DNA of 64,000 nucleotides from Leucoraja erinacea (GCF_028641065.1 NC_073416.1:372001-436000); one strand, 5' to 3'. Positions 12,519 to 25,400 are shown, counted from the first letter of the stretch. Notes: a model not told the origin generated them from the sequence alone. Program-made: numbers and translations.

Positions 12519-12810
12519 AGTGGTGCAGCTGGTCGAACCACTGCCTCTCAAGTCCAGTGACCAAGGTTGAATCCTGATCTCTGTGTGGAGTTTGCACGTT
12601 CTCCCCGTGACATGCGTGGGTTTTCTCCGGGTACTCCGGTTTCCTCCCCCATTCCAAAGACGTACAGGCTTGTAGGCTAATTGGCTTCGGTAAAGAATGT
12701 AAATTGTCCCTAGTGTGTGGGATAGTGTTAGTGTACAGGGATCGCTGGTCGGTGTGGACTGGGTGGGCCGAAGGGCCTGTTTCCGTGCTGTATCTCTAAA
12801 CTAAACTAAA
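12519..12810 (+). mobile_element. tRNA-derived SINE
   Basis: Same core and (CTAAA)n tail. Confidence 0.82.
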
Positions 12811-13556
12811 CCAAGCAGCCAGTGCCTGCTCTCATTACTGCTCCATCATGGGGCCCTGTTCTTCTGTCCTCCCAAACCCATTGTCAGTTGGCTGTTCATA
12901 GGCTTCTCTCCATGTTGCTGTGCAGTGAGGCTAGTAAACAGGATGTCGCATCTAGCCAAACTTCCTCTATTCATGGTGGACAATCACAAAACAACAACAT
13001 ATCAAAAACAAGACCGAATGTATGAGATGAGATGTTTGCCGGAGGAGGTAGTTGAGGCTGGAACTAGCCCAACGTTTAAGAAACAATTAGACAGGTTCAA
13101 GGATAGGACGGGTTTGGAGGGAAATCAGCCAAATGCGGGCAGGTGGGACTAGTGTAGATGGGACATGTTGGCCGGTGTGGGCAAGTAGGGCCGAAGGGCC
13201 TGTTTCCATGCTGTATCACTCTGTGACTATGTAGGAGCTGATGGAGTGGCACGTGACCAACTCCAGACGGTCTCACCTTGAATCCAGACAATTCTGAAAG
13301 GAAGAAATAGTCTCATAATCATAGAATCATACAGCATGGAAACAGGCCCTTCAGCCCAACTCGTCCATACCATCCAAGATGCCCCATCTAAGCTAGTCCC
13401 ATTTGCCTGCTTTTGGTCCATATTCCTCCAAACTTTTCCCATTCATGTACCTGCCCAGATGTTTTCTAAATGTTGTATAGTCAATGGGTGGGGAATGCAT
13501 CCAGTATCTCATTCAATCTCTTTGACACAACCTGTACAACAGTGAGGGAGAGATTG

Positions 13557-13870
13557 TGTGGTGGCACGGTGGCGCAGCGGTAGAGTCGCTGCCTCACGGC
13601 GCCAGAGACCCAGGTTCGATCCCGACTACGGGCGCTGTCTGTACAGAGTGTGTACGTTCTCCCCGTGACCTGCGTGGGTTTTCTGCGAGATCTTCGGTTT
13701 CCTCCCACACTCCAAAGACGTGCGGGTTTGTAGGTTAATTGGCTTGGTGTAAATGTAAATTGTCCCTAGTGTGTGTGTAGGATAGTGTTAGTGTGCGGGG
13801 ATCGCTGGTCGGTGCGGACTCGGTGGGCTGAAGGGCCTGTTTCCGTGCTGTATCTCTAAACTAAACTAAG
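13557..13870 (+). mobile_element. tRNA-derived SINE (near consensus)
   Basis: Intact A and B boxes (TGGCGCAGCGG, GGTTCGATCCC), core and tail. Confidence 0.88.
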
Positions 13871-14034
13871 CTAAAATGTCCATTATCTCATTCAATTGCT
13901 TGACAAAAGTGTACGAGGGAGGGAGAGACTGTGTTCCTCAAAGGATTCTCCGATCTTGTGTGTGTGGGGGGGCTTTCTGAGCAAGGAGATGGCCATTGTG
14001 ATGGGCTTCCTGACCGTTTCATTTTTTCCCACAG

Positions 14035-14198
14035 TTTCGTTGGAAAATGTCCTGTTGGACGTGAAGGAGATGGGCCACAACATGGAACTGGTGAAACGGG
14101 AGAGCAATAAGCACGAGCATAACCTGGTGCTGAAGGATTTCCTGTCACTAAATGAAGGGAAGTTGGAAAAACTGCAACGAGACTCCAAAACTGCGCAG
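14035..14198 (+). CDS. FMNL3: FMNL3 exon (FH2) with GC splice donor
   Basis: ttttcccaCAG| acceptor. Encodes (V)[54 protein letters not shown] and ends at CAG|gcaagt. Confidence 0.9.
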
Positions 14199-14279
14199 GC
14201 AAGTGGAATGTGGCGCTGAGCGCCTTTCCCATCTTTAACTTTGGTCTCGGCATTCCAGTTCTCAGCCTAAGTAGGCAGT

Positions 14280-14930
14280 GAAGAAAGCCAATGGCATGTT
14301 GGCCTTCATCGCCAAAGCATTTGTGTTTAGGAGGCCCTTCTGCCATTGTACAGGTTCCTGGTGAGACCACACCAGGAGTATTGTGTGCAGTTTTGGTCTC
14401 TTAATTTGCGGAAGGACATTCTTGCTATTGAGGGAGCCCAGCGTAGGTTCACCAGGTTAGTTCCCGGGATGGCGGGACTGACGTATGATGAAATAATGGA
14501 TCGACTGGGCTGATATTCACTGGAATTTAGAAGGATGAGAGGTTATCTTATAGAATTATATAAAATTCTTAGAGGATTGGACAGGGTGGATGCAGGAAAA
14601 ATGTTACTGATGTTGGGGGAGTCCAGAACCAGGGGCCACAGTTTAAGAATAAGGAGTAGGCCATTTAGGAATGAGATGAGGAAAAACCTTTTTACCCAGA
14701 GAGTTGTGAATCTGTGGAATTCTCTTCCACAGAAGGCAGTGGAGGCCAATTCACTGGATGTTTTCAAGAGAGAGTTAGATTTAGCTCTTGGGGCTAACGG
14801 AATCAAGGAATATGGGGAGAAAGCAGGAACGGGAGTACTGATTGTGGATGATCAGCCATGATCATATTGAATGGCGGTGATGGCTCGAAGGGCCGAATGG
14901 CCTACTCCGCCACCTATTTTCTATGTTTCT
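14280..14930 (+). mobile_element. CR1 LINE 3' end
   Basis: KKANGMLAFI...RVVNLWNSLPQKAVEA plus tail. Confidence 0.88.
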
Positions 14931-15752
14931 AAGCTGTTCAGCGCAGGTTCAGTCTAAGCCCCAAACATATAAACAGTCAGGATGTGCCATGCCTTATTTC
15001 TTCAGTGCAATGGTTGCTATTTATACATTGAAAGAGGTTATGGTTTATGGTCAAAGGAGTAGCATTAGGCCATTCAGAACCAGAGTTTGACTTCTGAACT
15101 TCTCACCCCATGTGTTCAGCAGACCATCAGGCCCAGGGGATTTATCATCCTTCAGTCCCATCAGCCTACCCAATACTATTTCTCACCTAATGAAAATTTC
15201 TTCCAGTTCCTCTACCCCCTTAGATCCTCTGTCCTCCAGTACATCTGGGAGGTTGTTAGTGTCTTCCTTAGTGAAGACAGATCCGAAATACCTGTTCAAC
15301 TCTACTGCCATTTCCTTGTTACCCATAATAATTTCACCCGTGTCTGCATTCAAGGGACCCACATTTGACTTTGAAGAGATAGCAGACGTTGTTGGGCCAA
15401 CTAGAGATCATTTAATGATGGGGCCATGCATGGAGGTTGCAATGACCACAGACTATTGTTGGTGTGGGAGGGATCCGGTCAGTGAATTACATAAAGGGGC
15501 AGACCGGAGTTCAGCTCCCTCCCCCCCTCAGACTGTTGGACTGCTGAGACAAGACAGCTTTAAGAAGTAGACCATGACAATGCTAGGAAGGCATGTTTCT
15601 GCTCCATGGCTGAAGGTCCCAAAATGGCAATAAATGTGTTAGGGAGCAGATCGACCATGTCCTTATTGAATACAGAACAGTCTCAAGGGGCCGAATGGCC
15701 TCCTCCTGTTCCTCTGTTTCCAATGCTAGGTTCCAGACAGCAATTGGATCAT

Positions 15753-15982
15753 GGTTACACAAAAAAGCTGGAGAAACTCAGCGGGTGCAGCAGCATCTAT
15801 GGAGCGAAGGAAATGGGCAACGTTTCGGGCCGAAACCCTGAAGGAAGTAGGCAACGTTTCGGGCCGAAACCCTTCTTCAGACATATCTGCATATCTGCAG
15901 TTCCCTCTTAAACTGCACCCGCTGAGTTTCTCCAGCTTTTTTGTGTAACCTTCGATTCTCCAGCATCTGCAGTTCCCTCTTA
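15753..15982. mobile_element. Short Penelope-derived palindromic insertion with 14-bp TSD
   Basis: AGCAATTGGATCAT at 15739-15752 and 15983-15996 flanks inverted pseudo-LTR halves. Confidence 0.8.
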
Positions 15983-16799
15983 AGCAATTGGATCATATTT
16001 GACACTTAGATTTGACACACCAGACAGCACTTAGTCTAATTCCCAATGTCTCAAACAAAAATGGAACTATTTTTCATGACGTTCTGATGATTTTCTCCGG
16101 AGATTTTGCTCGTGGTCAAGTCCTGGAAATGAATCTGCGATTTCTGGGGACTCCACGGCGTTCTTGGAAAGCTGACAACACAAGTGCTCGGAGCTGCAAA
16201 CAGATTTCCAAAGGGGGTTTGCTGTGATTTTCTTCCAAGTGGCCACGGCACAAAGTGAACAATAGTTTGGCGGAATCACGCCCTGGGACAGGATATGTCA
16301 AACAAATTGCAAAGTGGGCGTTCCACGCTGTCCCTGTCCTGGTTTTGCAGAGAATCCCAGCCAGGTTCTCCGCTGAAGGGCGGGGAGGGACTGGGATGAA
16401 ATGGAATGTGTGGGAAAATGTTTGACTACCGACAACTCCCGGCCAAGTTTTTGAATCAACATTACTGGTGAGAAAATGATGGCAAGACTGCAACAAAATC
16501 TTTAAAACAGCAGAGAAGAGGTGGGGGGGGGGGGGTCATTGCTTCTTGACGTTTAGCACTAACGCCTAGTTGCTTGACCCGTGACCTTTCAGCGCGGAAA
16601 CAGGCCCTTCGGCCCACCGAGTCCGCACCTTCCCCACGTGCACTAAAACCATCCTACACACACTAGGAACAATCTTTACATTTATGCAAAGCCGATTAAC
16701 CTACAAACCCGCACGTCTTTGGAGTGTGGGAGGAAACCGGAGCACCCGGAGAAAACCCACGCAGGTCACGGGGAGAACGTGCAAACTCCGTACAGACAA

Positions 16800-17175
16800 G
16801 ATGCTGTGGAAAGCATCTAGTCCGGAAATATTACCATCTGGTTTGGGAATTGCTCTGCCAAGGACAAGAAGGCTCTGTAGAGAGTAGTGCGTTCAGCCGA
16901 ACGCACTATGGGAACTTCACTTGCCCCCTGCAGGAACTATACATTTGCAACTCCAGAGCCAATAATATCATGGGGGACCCTTTCCCCCCCCAGCAACGGA
17001 CTGTTCCAGCCGCTACGGTCAGGCAAACGCCTCCGTTGCCATGCTGTGTGAACGGAGAGGTTGAGAAGGAGTTTCTTCCCAGAGGCCATTCGGACTGTAA
17101 ACTCCTATCTCACCAGGGACTAACTCCACTGAACCTTTTTCCTTCCGCCCACAATATTTAATATGTAAAAAACTG
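16800..17175 (+). mobile_element. Rex1/Babar-type LINE fragment (decayed)
   Basis: RCCGKH / ITIWFGNCSAKDKK...RVVRSAER...RSFFPEAIR remnants. Confidence 0.7.
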
Positions 17176-18463
17176 TTGTGATCTCAAGGTGTAGGACACA
17201 GCAAGTTGTTTGTTTGATTCTGTTTTGCAGAAAAGTCCTTTCGCCACTGTGTTCATTTTGCACATCTCGTTGTTGTTGTGAATCCTACTTGTTGACTTGA
17301 CTGAGACTGATATGCTCCATATAACAATTGCATGTGAAACAGGCCATCTCGTGACTTCTGCCGAACACATAATCTTAGCCATATACCTGCGCTCAGACCA
17401 TAACCCTCCATTCTAGATCCCACCCTAAAAACTAGACAATTATATTAACATTAAAAAACACCTGCCTCCACCACCTTTGGCATGAGTAAAGAAGTTCCCC
17501 CTCATGTTACCCTAAACTTCAGTCCCTTAATTTTCAAGTCATGTTGTTTGGCACTTCCCGAGTCGCAGTGGAAAAAAGCTTTCCACGTCAACTCTGCACT
17601 CTGAGCTGTAAAGGGAATTGAATTCCCCCCTAAGAGGTGACAAAGAATAAAGGGGAAGGCTATGGACAAGAATGCTTGAAACATTATAAGGAAATAGGCC
17701 AACCGTTTCAGGGCCGACTTTCTTCTCTGTAACTTAGTTGCTGAACCTCTATCAAGGTCCAGGCAACGTTTCAGGTGCCCATATGAAAGCCCTACTTCGC
17801 AACAGATCTAACAGATCATAAAAAGGAATGCTCCAGGCAACATTCAGTTAGCTCCAAGGATCTCGAAACCCTTCTAGCTCACTAGGCCCGCAGAGCCGGA
17901 AATTCGCCAGGCACATATGATGACTCAGGAAATTCAGTGATCCTAGTCATTGGCGACCCCCCCAGATACATTTCGCTCAAGGACCAATAACCCTCCCAGT
18001 TAGCCAATGATTCTGGCCTCCGGTCTACCCTCTGCGGGCCCAGGTCCCGAGAGGCAGCATAACTCTTCCAAAGTTCTGCTGTATGTCCTTACTGTTTGTT
18101 TGACGCAAGGAAAAACGAACCTATTTCCTCCAGGACCACAAGGCACTGGAAAGTTGCCTATTTCCTTCCCAGCTCATACTCACATCTTCCCAGTCTGGCA
18201 CCACTCTCTGAGGCAGATTGCTCTCGAAGTTCACCCCTCACTGTTTATATCCCTAGAGACTGTTGTTCGACTTCAAGGCAGTATGCCCCCCAAGTTTAAT
18301 GCAGTTTTGCGTCCTCAAGTCATGTCTTTTTCTGACAACGTGCCTCTTGTCTTGAAATCTTCCTGCGATGTGACTCTACAGTGAGAAACGGAGGCTGATG
18401 TGCTCCGCGAAGGAATTGTTTACCGTGACTTCAAACGGTCTGTCCGACCCTATCCCTTCTCAG

Positions 18464-18547
18464 GAAGACACTAGGCTTTTAAAATGCCCTCTATCACTGT
18501 GTTTATCCCCTGTCTTTTTTTAAGTTTTAAGTCGGCGCTTTCCTAAG
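18464..18547 (+). CDS. FMNL3: Probable garbled FMNL3 exon (expected EAY...PPSVFFPVFVRF...YK)
   Basis: cccttctCAG|GAA acceptor plus residual cct..tca..gtgttt..cctgtcttt..aag resembling PPSVFFPVF..K. Lies in a chimeric low-quality region and is the only candidate seen between the flanking exons. Confidence 0.4.
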
Positions 18548-19311
18548 TGGAATGAAAGCCCTAATTCTGTGCAGCATCATCATTCTAGGGAATGGAAGCG
18601 GAAGCAGGGCTGCTCAAGTGAGAGGAGCAAGGTGTCCACGTCAAGAATCTGAAACCTCAGGGTTTATTGCTGAAAAGTCTGCTACCACACGAACACGCCC
18701 AAGGAAAAACGTTTCAGGCCCTCTGAAAGGTACTTTTCAGGCCGCAAACCTCTGTATTCAAATAGGCAACAGAAAGTTTTACACTAGAATAAAACAACAT
18801 TCCACCACCATAAATGGCTTCATATCAAAAGGAATTGATGGCGAACAAAAATGCTAGAAACTCAGCGGGGTAGCACAATTAGGAGTTCAGGAGAAAGGCG
18901 TTTCGGAAACCCTCGTGCCCCAATGCATATTTCCTTCAGGATTTCGAGTCAAATCGTCCCGAAACGTTGCCTAGTTTCCTTCAGTGATTTCGGGTCTGAA
19001 GAAGGGTTTCGGCCCTGAAACGTGCCCCAACGTCTGAAGAAGGGTTTTACCTATACTCACATAGATGCTGCTGCACCCGCTGAGTTTCTCCAGCATTTTT
19101 TTATTTTCCAGCATCTGCCACAGTTCCTCTTAACCCTGAAGCGGCTCACCAGTTAGTAGCCCCCTAAACTTCTTTCCCTCCCCCCTCCGTACAGCACCCG
19201 TAGTATGGGACTGACTGGCCTGTGAGGCAACACTCTACCCGCTGCGCCACCGCTCCTCCACCACCGCTCTGCCGCGCGCGCCGTTGGTCCAGAGCTCCGT
19301 TCGGCCTCCAG

Positions 19312-19390
19312 AAGCAAAACGAGCTGGCGGAAAAAAAAAACAAAAAACAGGAGCACCAGAGCTCTCTCAGGAAGCCAACAAACTCAGCAG
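19312..19390 (+). CDS. FMNL3: Probable garbled FMNL3 exon (ENE.RKKQE...QEA.KL)
   Basis: cctcCAG| acceptor and AG|gtgagg donor. Fragments NEL, KKQE and ELSQEANKL fall in shifting frames. Confidence 0.55.
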
Positions 19391-19499
19391 GTGAGGTAAA
19401 GCACATAACGGATGCACTTCTTCTTCAGGATCTCTGTTTTCTTTAAAGGATAAAACAAGCCAGAACCCACCACCCTTACAATACAAACTAAGCTCGAGT

Positions 19500-20150
19500 C
19501 CCTAGCCACACGGGCCACATCCAACATCCCTTTGAGCCATGAACGGCCTCAACTACACTCTGTGGCAGCGAGTTCCAGCGATTCACCACTCTCTGTGTGA
19601 AAAAAGTTCTTCTCATCTCGGTTTTAAAGGATTTCCCCCTTATCCTTAAGCTGTGACCCATTGTCCTGGACTTCCCCAACATCGGGAACAATCTTCCTGC
19701 ATCTAGCCTGTCCAAACCCGTAAGAATTTTGTAAGTTTCTATAAGATCCCCTCTCAATCTCCTAAATTCTAGATAGTATAAACCAGTCTATCCAGTCTTT
19801 CTTTAAGACAGTCCTGACATCCCAGGAATCAGTGGTGCAACCTTTTCTGCACTCTCCTCTATGGCAAAAATTTCCATCATTTGGAGACCAAAACTGTGCG
19901 CACTCTATACCAAGTCAGGTGTGTGTCTCACCGGAGCTGCAACTTTGGTTCTCACCAAGACCCTCCTACCAAATCTGCAGTAGACCTCTCTGCTCTATAC
20001 TCAAATCCTTTTTTGCAATGAAAGCCAACATACCATTTGCTTTCTTTACTGCCTGCTGCACCTGCATGCCTACCTTCAATGACTGGTGTACCATGACACC
20101 CAGGTCTCGCTGCATCTCCCCCTTTCCCAATCGGCCACCATTTAGATAAT
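19500..20150 (-). mobile_element. CR1 LINE fragment (partly garbled)
   Basis: ORF 19488-19757(-) RGDLIETYKIL...RVVNRWNSLP. Confidence 0.82.
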
Positions 20151-21675
20151 ACTATTTGTAATGTATTGTAACATAATTGTATAAACTATAAACTATTATA
20201 CAATTATGATACAATCCTTATTGAGGATACATTCAACACCCTGCGGAGCCCAGCGGTCACGAGAATCCCCCAGGGTACAGCCAGGATGTTGGCAGGCCCT
20301 GGGGGCAGTAGGGAAATACAGGCCATTGGCTTCAGGCACAGGAGAGACCATGTCTCTCCACGGGACTCAACAAAACTAAACTAAACTAGTTATTGTGCAG
20401 CTGTCAAATTGCACTCAGAAATCTCCCACAAGCACCAACATGGTAACACTTTTAACAGGCTGTCTTTAAGAGCAAATTAAATGGTGAATCAAGGTGCCTG
20501 ATAATTTCACTGAACTGAATTGAGGTTGTTCATTGCCTTATTGACCTGTTCCAGTTGGGTATTCATTTCAAAATGAAGGAGGTCTTCTGATGCCCACCCA
20601 CTTGAATGACCTGTAAACGGCAACTTGAAAAATTTTGTAAATTACCGCTGCAAGTCACCTTTGGAGTCTTATTTTATGCACCATCTTGCAAGTTCAAGTT
20701 TTTGATGAACTTTCCCGCGCTGAATATTGAACAGTAACGTCTATTTTTCTTACGCCAAGTTGTTTTTCAGTAGACTTACGCCTGTGGTGAAGCTGGGTAA
20801 TATTTATTTGCCTTGGACACAAACTTGTAATCTCTTCAAAGCTTTAAAATGATTCCATGTTTTAAATTCCAGGCCTGTAAAATCTTCACATTCTGCATTT
20901 CACTCCTTCCAATTGGCTTCCAACTCCACTATCAGCTTGTTTTTGTGTTGTCTGTTAGTTTAGTTTAGGTCAGCTGAGTTTATTGTCGTGTGAGCCGAGG
21001 TACAGTGAAAAGCTTCTGTTGCGTGCTAACCTGCCAGCAGAAAGTCAGTACATGATAACAATCGAGCCGTCCACAGTGTACAGATACATGATAAAGGGAA
21101 TAACGTTTAGTCCAAGATAAAATCCAGTAAAGTCTAATCAAAGATAGTCTGAAGGTCTCCAATTAGGTAGAGTTTAGTTTTGTTAGTTTGGAGTTACTCA
21201 GTGGAAACAGGCCCTTCGGCCCACCGAGTCTGTGCAGACCAGCGATCACCAACGACTAGTTCTGTAGCCTGCAAACCTGTACGTCTTTGGAGTGTGATAG
21301 TAAACCAGAGCACCTGGAGAAAACCCACGTGGTCATAGTATCAGAGTCATAGAGTGATACAGCGTGGAAACAGGCCCTTCAGCCCAACTTGCCCAACCGG
21401 TCAACACCTTCACCTTAAACCATATGTCTCTGGTCCTCAATACCCCTACTCTGGGCAAGAGACTCTGTGCATCCACCCGATCTATTCCTCTCATGTCACG
21501 GGGGAAAACGCACAAACTCCGTACAGACAGCGCCCGTAGTCAGGATGGAACCCGGGTCTCTGGCGCTGTGAGGCAGCAACTCTACCGCTGCGCCACCGTG
21601 TGCCGTCTTACGGACTTTCCGCGGGCAGCGTGCGCGGCCCGTGCTGTGCAGTAACGGTGGCAATGTTTCCTGCAG

Positions 21676-21799
21676 TCTCCCTGCCCCAGGAACAAGCGGC
21701 AGCACCAGGAGCTCATTGCAGAGCTGCGGAAGCGGCAGGTGAAAGAACACCCGGCCGTGTATGAAGGCAAAGACGGGACCATTGAAGACATCATCACAG
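21676..21799 (+). CDS. FMNL3: FMNL3 exon (WH2/DAD region)
   Basis: tcctgCAG| acceptor and G|gtaatg donor. Encodes [41 protein letters not shown], with the [11 protein letters not shown] core. Confidence 0.93.
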
Positions 21800-23081
21800 G
21801 TAATGCTTGACTATATCCCAGCACACAGTGGAGACACTGGAGAGACACAGTGTTTCAAGGCTTATGGTTTGCCACAGTCTGTCGGAAGGAACTGCAGATG
21901 CTGGTTTAAACCGAAGATACCCTTGTAGACACAAAAAGCTCAGAGGGACAGGCAGCATCTCTGGAGACAGGGAATGGGTGACATTTCGGGTCAGACTCGT
22001 TTTCACACTGAACTCAAACTTTCAGTCTTGATCCAGAATATTACCCATTCCTTCTCTCCAGAGATGCTGCCTGTCCCACTGAGTTACTCCAGCACTTTGT
22101 GATTTTCCACAGTGATGGGCTTGTGTACATTTGATTCGCTTCCAGTGAGGTTTTATTTGGCAAGCATCCCTGCACTGGATGTCAGCACCACCGACCTTCA
22201 TTTTCTTGCTGTAAACTTGACTTGGTTGCAACAATTGCATGCCAAGACTAACAGCATTGTTTGAGTGCAGGCGGCTTCCCTTGTTCCGCTAGAACTAATC
22301 GCCTTGTAACTGTTTGATTGTGTGGCCAAGCATTTCTTGCTGTGGTGTTTGCAATCCATTTTTTGTTGGGAGCTCAGTCATAGAGTGATACAGTGTGGAA
22401 ACAGACCCTTCAGCCCAACTTGCCCATGCCGACCAACATGTCCCAGCTACACTAGACCCACCTGCCCGCGCTTGTCATATCCTATCCGTTCCTGTCTTCA
22501 ACATAGCGATAGTCCCTGCCTCAACGATCTCCTCGGCTGTCATTAAATGAGGGGGGCTATGAAAGGCACCCCCAGCCCCCTTTTACAACGTGTAGGAAGG
22601 AACTGCAGATGCTGGTTTAAATCGAACCTTGATGGACATAAGCTTCATGGAGCGACTGGCCATTTAATATCCCTATGCTTATGTATCCTCCCATCAATAG
22701 CCGACCAACACGAAGCAGTATGAATCTGGAAGTAGGATTAGAGGAGAGTCCGAGCTGTATGGTGCTAGATTCAGCTCTGCGGTGGTGCAGCCTAGTGTCT
22801 CTGCGCAAGACGCTGCATTTTCTGTGCGTTTGTCCCAGTCTCGCATGTTGGCTAATGATCCAGCACCGAGCCAGCAAGAGGAGGTCTTTCAAAGGTTGCA
22901 CTTTCCAACGTGTGTTTTGTTTTTTAATGCATTGTGAGGATATTAAGGCTCTTGCTATTGCTATGATTTGATGTGGTTTCTCTTTCTTGCCCCTTCCCCC
23001 GACCCTTTTGCTTCCTTCCCTCTCCCCCCTCCTCTCGCCCTTCCTCCCTTCCCCCTCTCTCACACGATCCTCCTCCTGCAG

Positions 23082-23173
23082 TGCTGAAGAGTGTGCCCTT
23101 CACAGCCCGGACTGCCAAACGAGGCTCTCGGTTCTTCTGTGAAACGACGTTATGTGATGAGTCCAACTGTTAA
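23082..23173 (+). CDS. FMNL3: FMNL3 C-terminal exon A (stop TAA 23171-23173)
   Basis: Long pyrimidine tract and CAG| acceptor. Encodes (V)[29 protein letters not shown], close to the FMNL3 C-terminus as recalled, which supports FMNL3 over FMNL1/2. Confidence 0.92.
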
Positions 23174-23657
23174 TGTTTCTGCCGTTTACAGACTCCAATT
23201 GCAACAGGTTTATACCATTTTTGTTCTCTCCATTGCGGCGTTGGTGTTGTTTCTAATGCTCATTGCTGGTCCATTTGAGAATCTTCCTGTTTCAGCCCCT
23301 GCTCCCCCTCCAATCCCATCACCTTGCTTCATTGCTCGCTGCCTGTTGCTGTTTGACCAACACAATGAAGGCACTGGTCCCAAAGCCATTTACTCGTCCC
23401 GTCAATGGAGTGCTCGCCCCCCCCCCCGACCATGGGAGAGCTAAGGGAAGAGAACTTTATTTCGCCTTCCGTCACAGTGAGGAATGTGGAGGAGTCACTG
23501 TGGTGGATGTTTATGTTAACATGTGTTTTGTGTGTCCTGTTGCTTTTTGCTTGCGTGACTGACTTGGCAAATGAAATTCCTCGTATGTTGCAAAACATAC
23601 TGGGCTAATAAAGTACGTTTGTGATTGATTGATTGTGATTTGCCTCGTGCCCTGTAG

Positions 23658-23722
23658 GTCTTGGAAACCGACCGTACTGGCGCGCAGACGCGGTGATGCG
23701 GCACGCATGGAAACACCTCTGA
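23658..23722 (+). CDS. FMNL3: FMNL3 alternative C-terminal exon B
   Basis: ccctgTAG| acceptor, phase 1 like the 21799 donor. Encodes (G)LGNRPYWRADAVMRHAWKHL*, resembling the DLRNQPY.RAD tails of FMNL1-beta and FMNL2. Confidence 0.8.
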
Positions 23723-24594
23723 AGAAAGGACTTGGGTGGGATTGGGTGAGATTGGAGGGGTGGGGGGGGGTGGGGGGGAGGGGGGCGGGGGGGGGAGGGG
23801 GAGGGGAGGAATTGAAGTTACAAACAAAACCAGTGTTCCAGTCATAAGAATGTTCCTTTGACGAGCATCTGGGGATGGACATTCCACTTGCTCTGATGCC
23901 ACTCTGGAACAAGGAAATTCCTGAGCGCGTATCTTCTTATCCACGACGCACGGCGCGGTGGAGAAAACCGCGGAGGGGGCGGGGCAAGGACATCGCGCTC
24001 CGTCTCGACACGGCCCGGGGGAGTCAACTTGGAACCAATCCACGGAACCTGCCCGCTGTCTCAACAAGTGAAAGTGCCCCTGCAACACATTGAACATGCC
24101 ACCTCTCTAATCATTGCAGGAGGTCGGGTGGGAAGAGAGCATCTTTCAATAGGATAGAGGAAACTCAAAGAGAAGTTTTGTCCATCCAGTCAGAGTTGGA
24201 ACGCCTTGAACATTGAATGCCTTTCCACGTCAGTGTTATGAAGTATTTTTTTACTGTGCCTGTAGTCTTGATTAATTTAAGACTTTTATTCTGATGTTAC
24301 TGTAGAATTGGCCTTCTGTGCTAACTCCAAAGTAACCTATGCCACCTGTTATTGCTGGAGTAAAATGCCAGCAGCTTTCTGTGGCAGAGGCATTGGCAGA
24401 AATTTGCCTGTGTTGCTTATACTAAGTGCATGATGTTTCAAAGACTGTGTCTTAACACTGAGGCATTTTAGAAATGGTGTTGAATGCACAAACATGGCTA
24501 TATCTTAGCACAAGCAACGCAAGGCAAGAATGTCCTCCTTGTCTTTTCCTCGCATGGATTTTAAATCCCCGTGGAGTTTCAGAGCATCTAGCTA

Positions 24595-25400
24595 CAGGTG
24601 CACAACCTTTTATCCGAAAGCCTTGGGACCAGACACTTGTCGGATTTCGGACATTTTCGGATTTCAGAATGGAAGATTTTTAGCGTAGATTAGGTAGGTA
24701 GCGCGGGCGGCTTGAAAAGTCTGGAGCGACTGCCTCCTCCCGGGTGACCGGGAGACTCATTGCATAAATGTTAGTCAGTTAGTTTGGAGGGATTTTATGT
24801 GGTGGTGGTGGAGTCGGGGTGAAGGGGATTCTTAGTCCCCTACCTGGTCGGCGAAACATCGCGGAGCTATATCGGTTGGAGCTCCAACCCCGGCAAACCC
24901 CTGGCTGCGCGGCTCCAAACGCGACGCTCCGCGAGGCCACAGAGCTTGCCGCACGGCTCCGGTAAGGCATTCTTTTCAGCGCTGCGAAGCCGGCGGACTC
25001 CCGACATTTGCGGAAATCCCCGTGGAGTTTCAGAGCATTTCTAGCTATACTGCGAAGCGCATCGCCGTTTTCGAGCCGGCTTACACAGGATAAGGCCCCT
25101 CAGTGTTTGACCCGGTAAGGCATTGACCGCTCCCCGCCTCTCCGACAGGTTTAAAGTTTAACCCCATATAAAAGCCCTCTAAACAGCTAACATTTAAGCA
25201 ATGATTTACAGATGTTTAAGCGTCTCCCGGCTCCAGGGAGAGGCAGCCGCTACAGTGTACAGACCTGGGTTGACCGCGGGTCGTTTTGGGTCAAGTTTGG
25301 CGCCAAACGGAGCTTTAGTGCGCAGACGACATCTGGAAAAAATGGCCGGTTTTCGGAGCTTTTCGGTTTCTGGAACACCGGATAAAAGGTTGTGCACCTG
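24595..25400. mobile_element. Non-autonomous Tc1/mariner (pogo/Tigger-like) MITE
   Basis: Perfect 22-bp TIRs CAGGTGCACAACCTTTTATCCG and CGGATAAAAGGTTGTGCACCTG, flanked by TA at 24593-24594 and 25401-25402. Confidence 0.9.
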
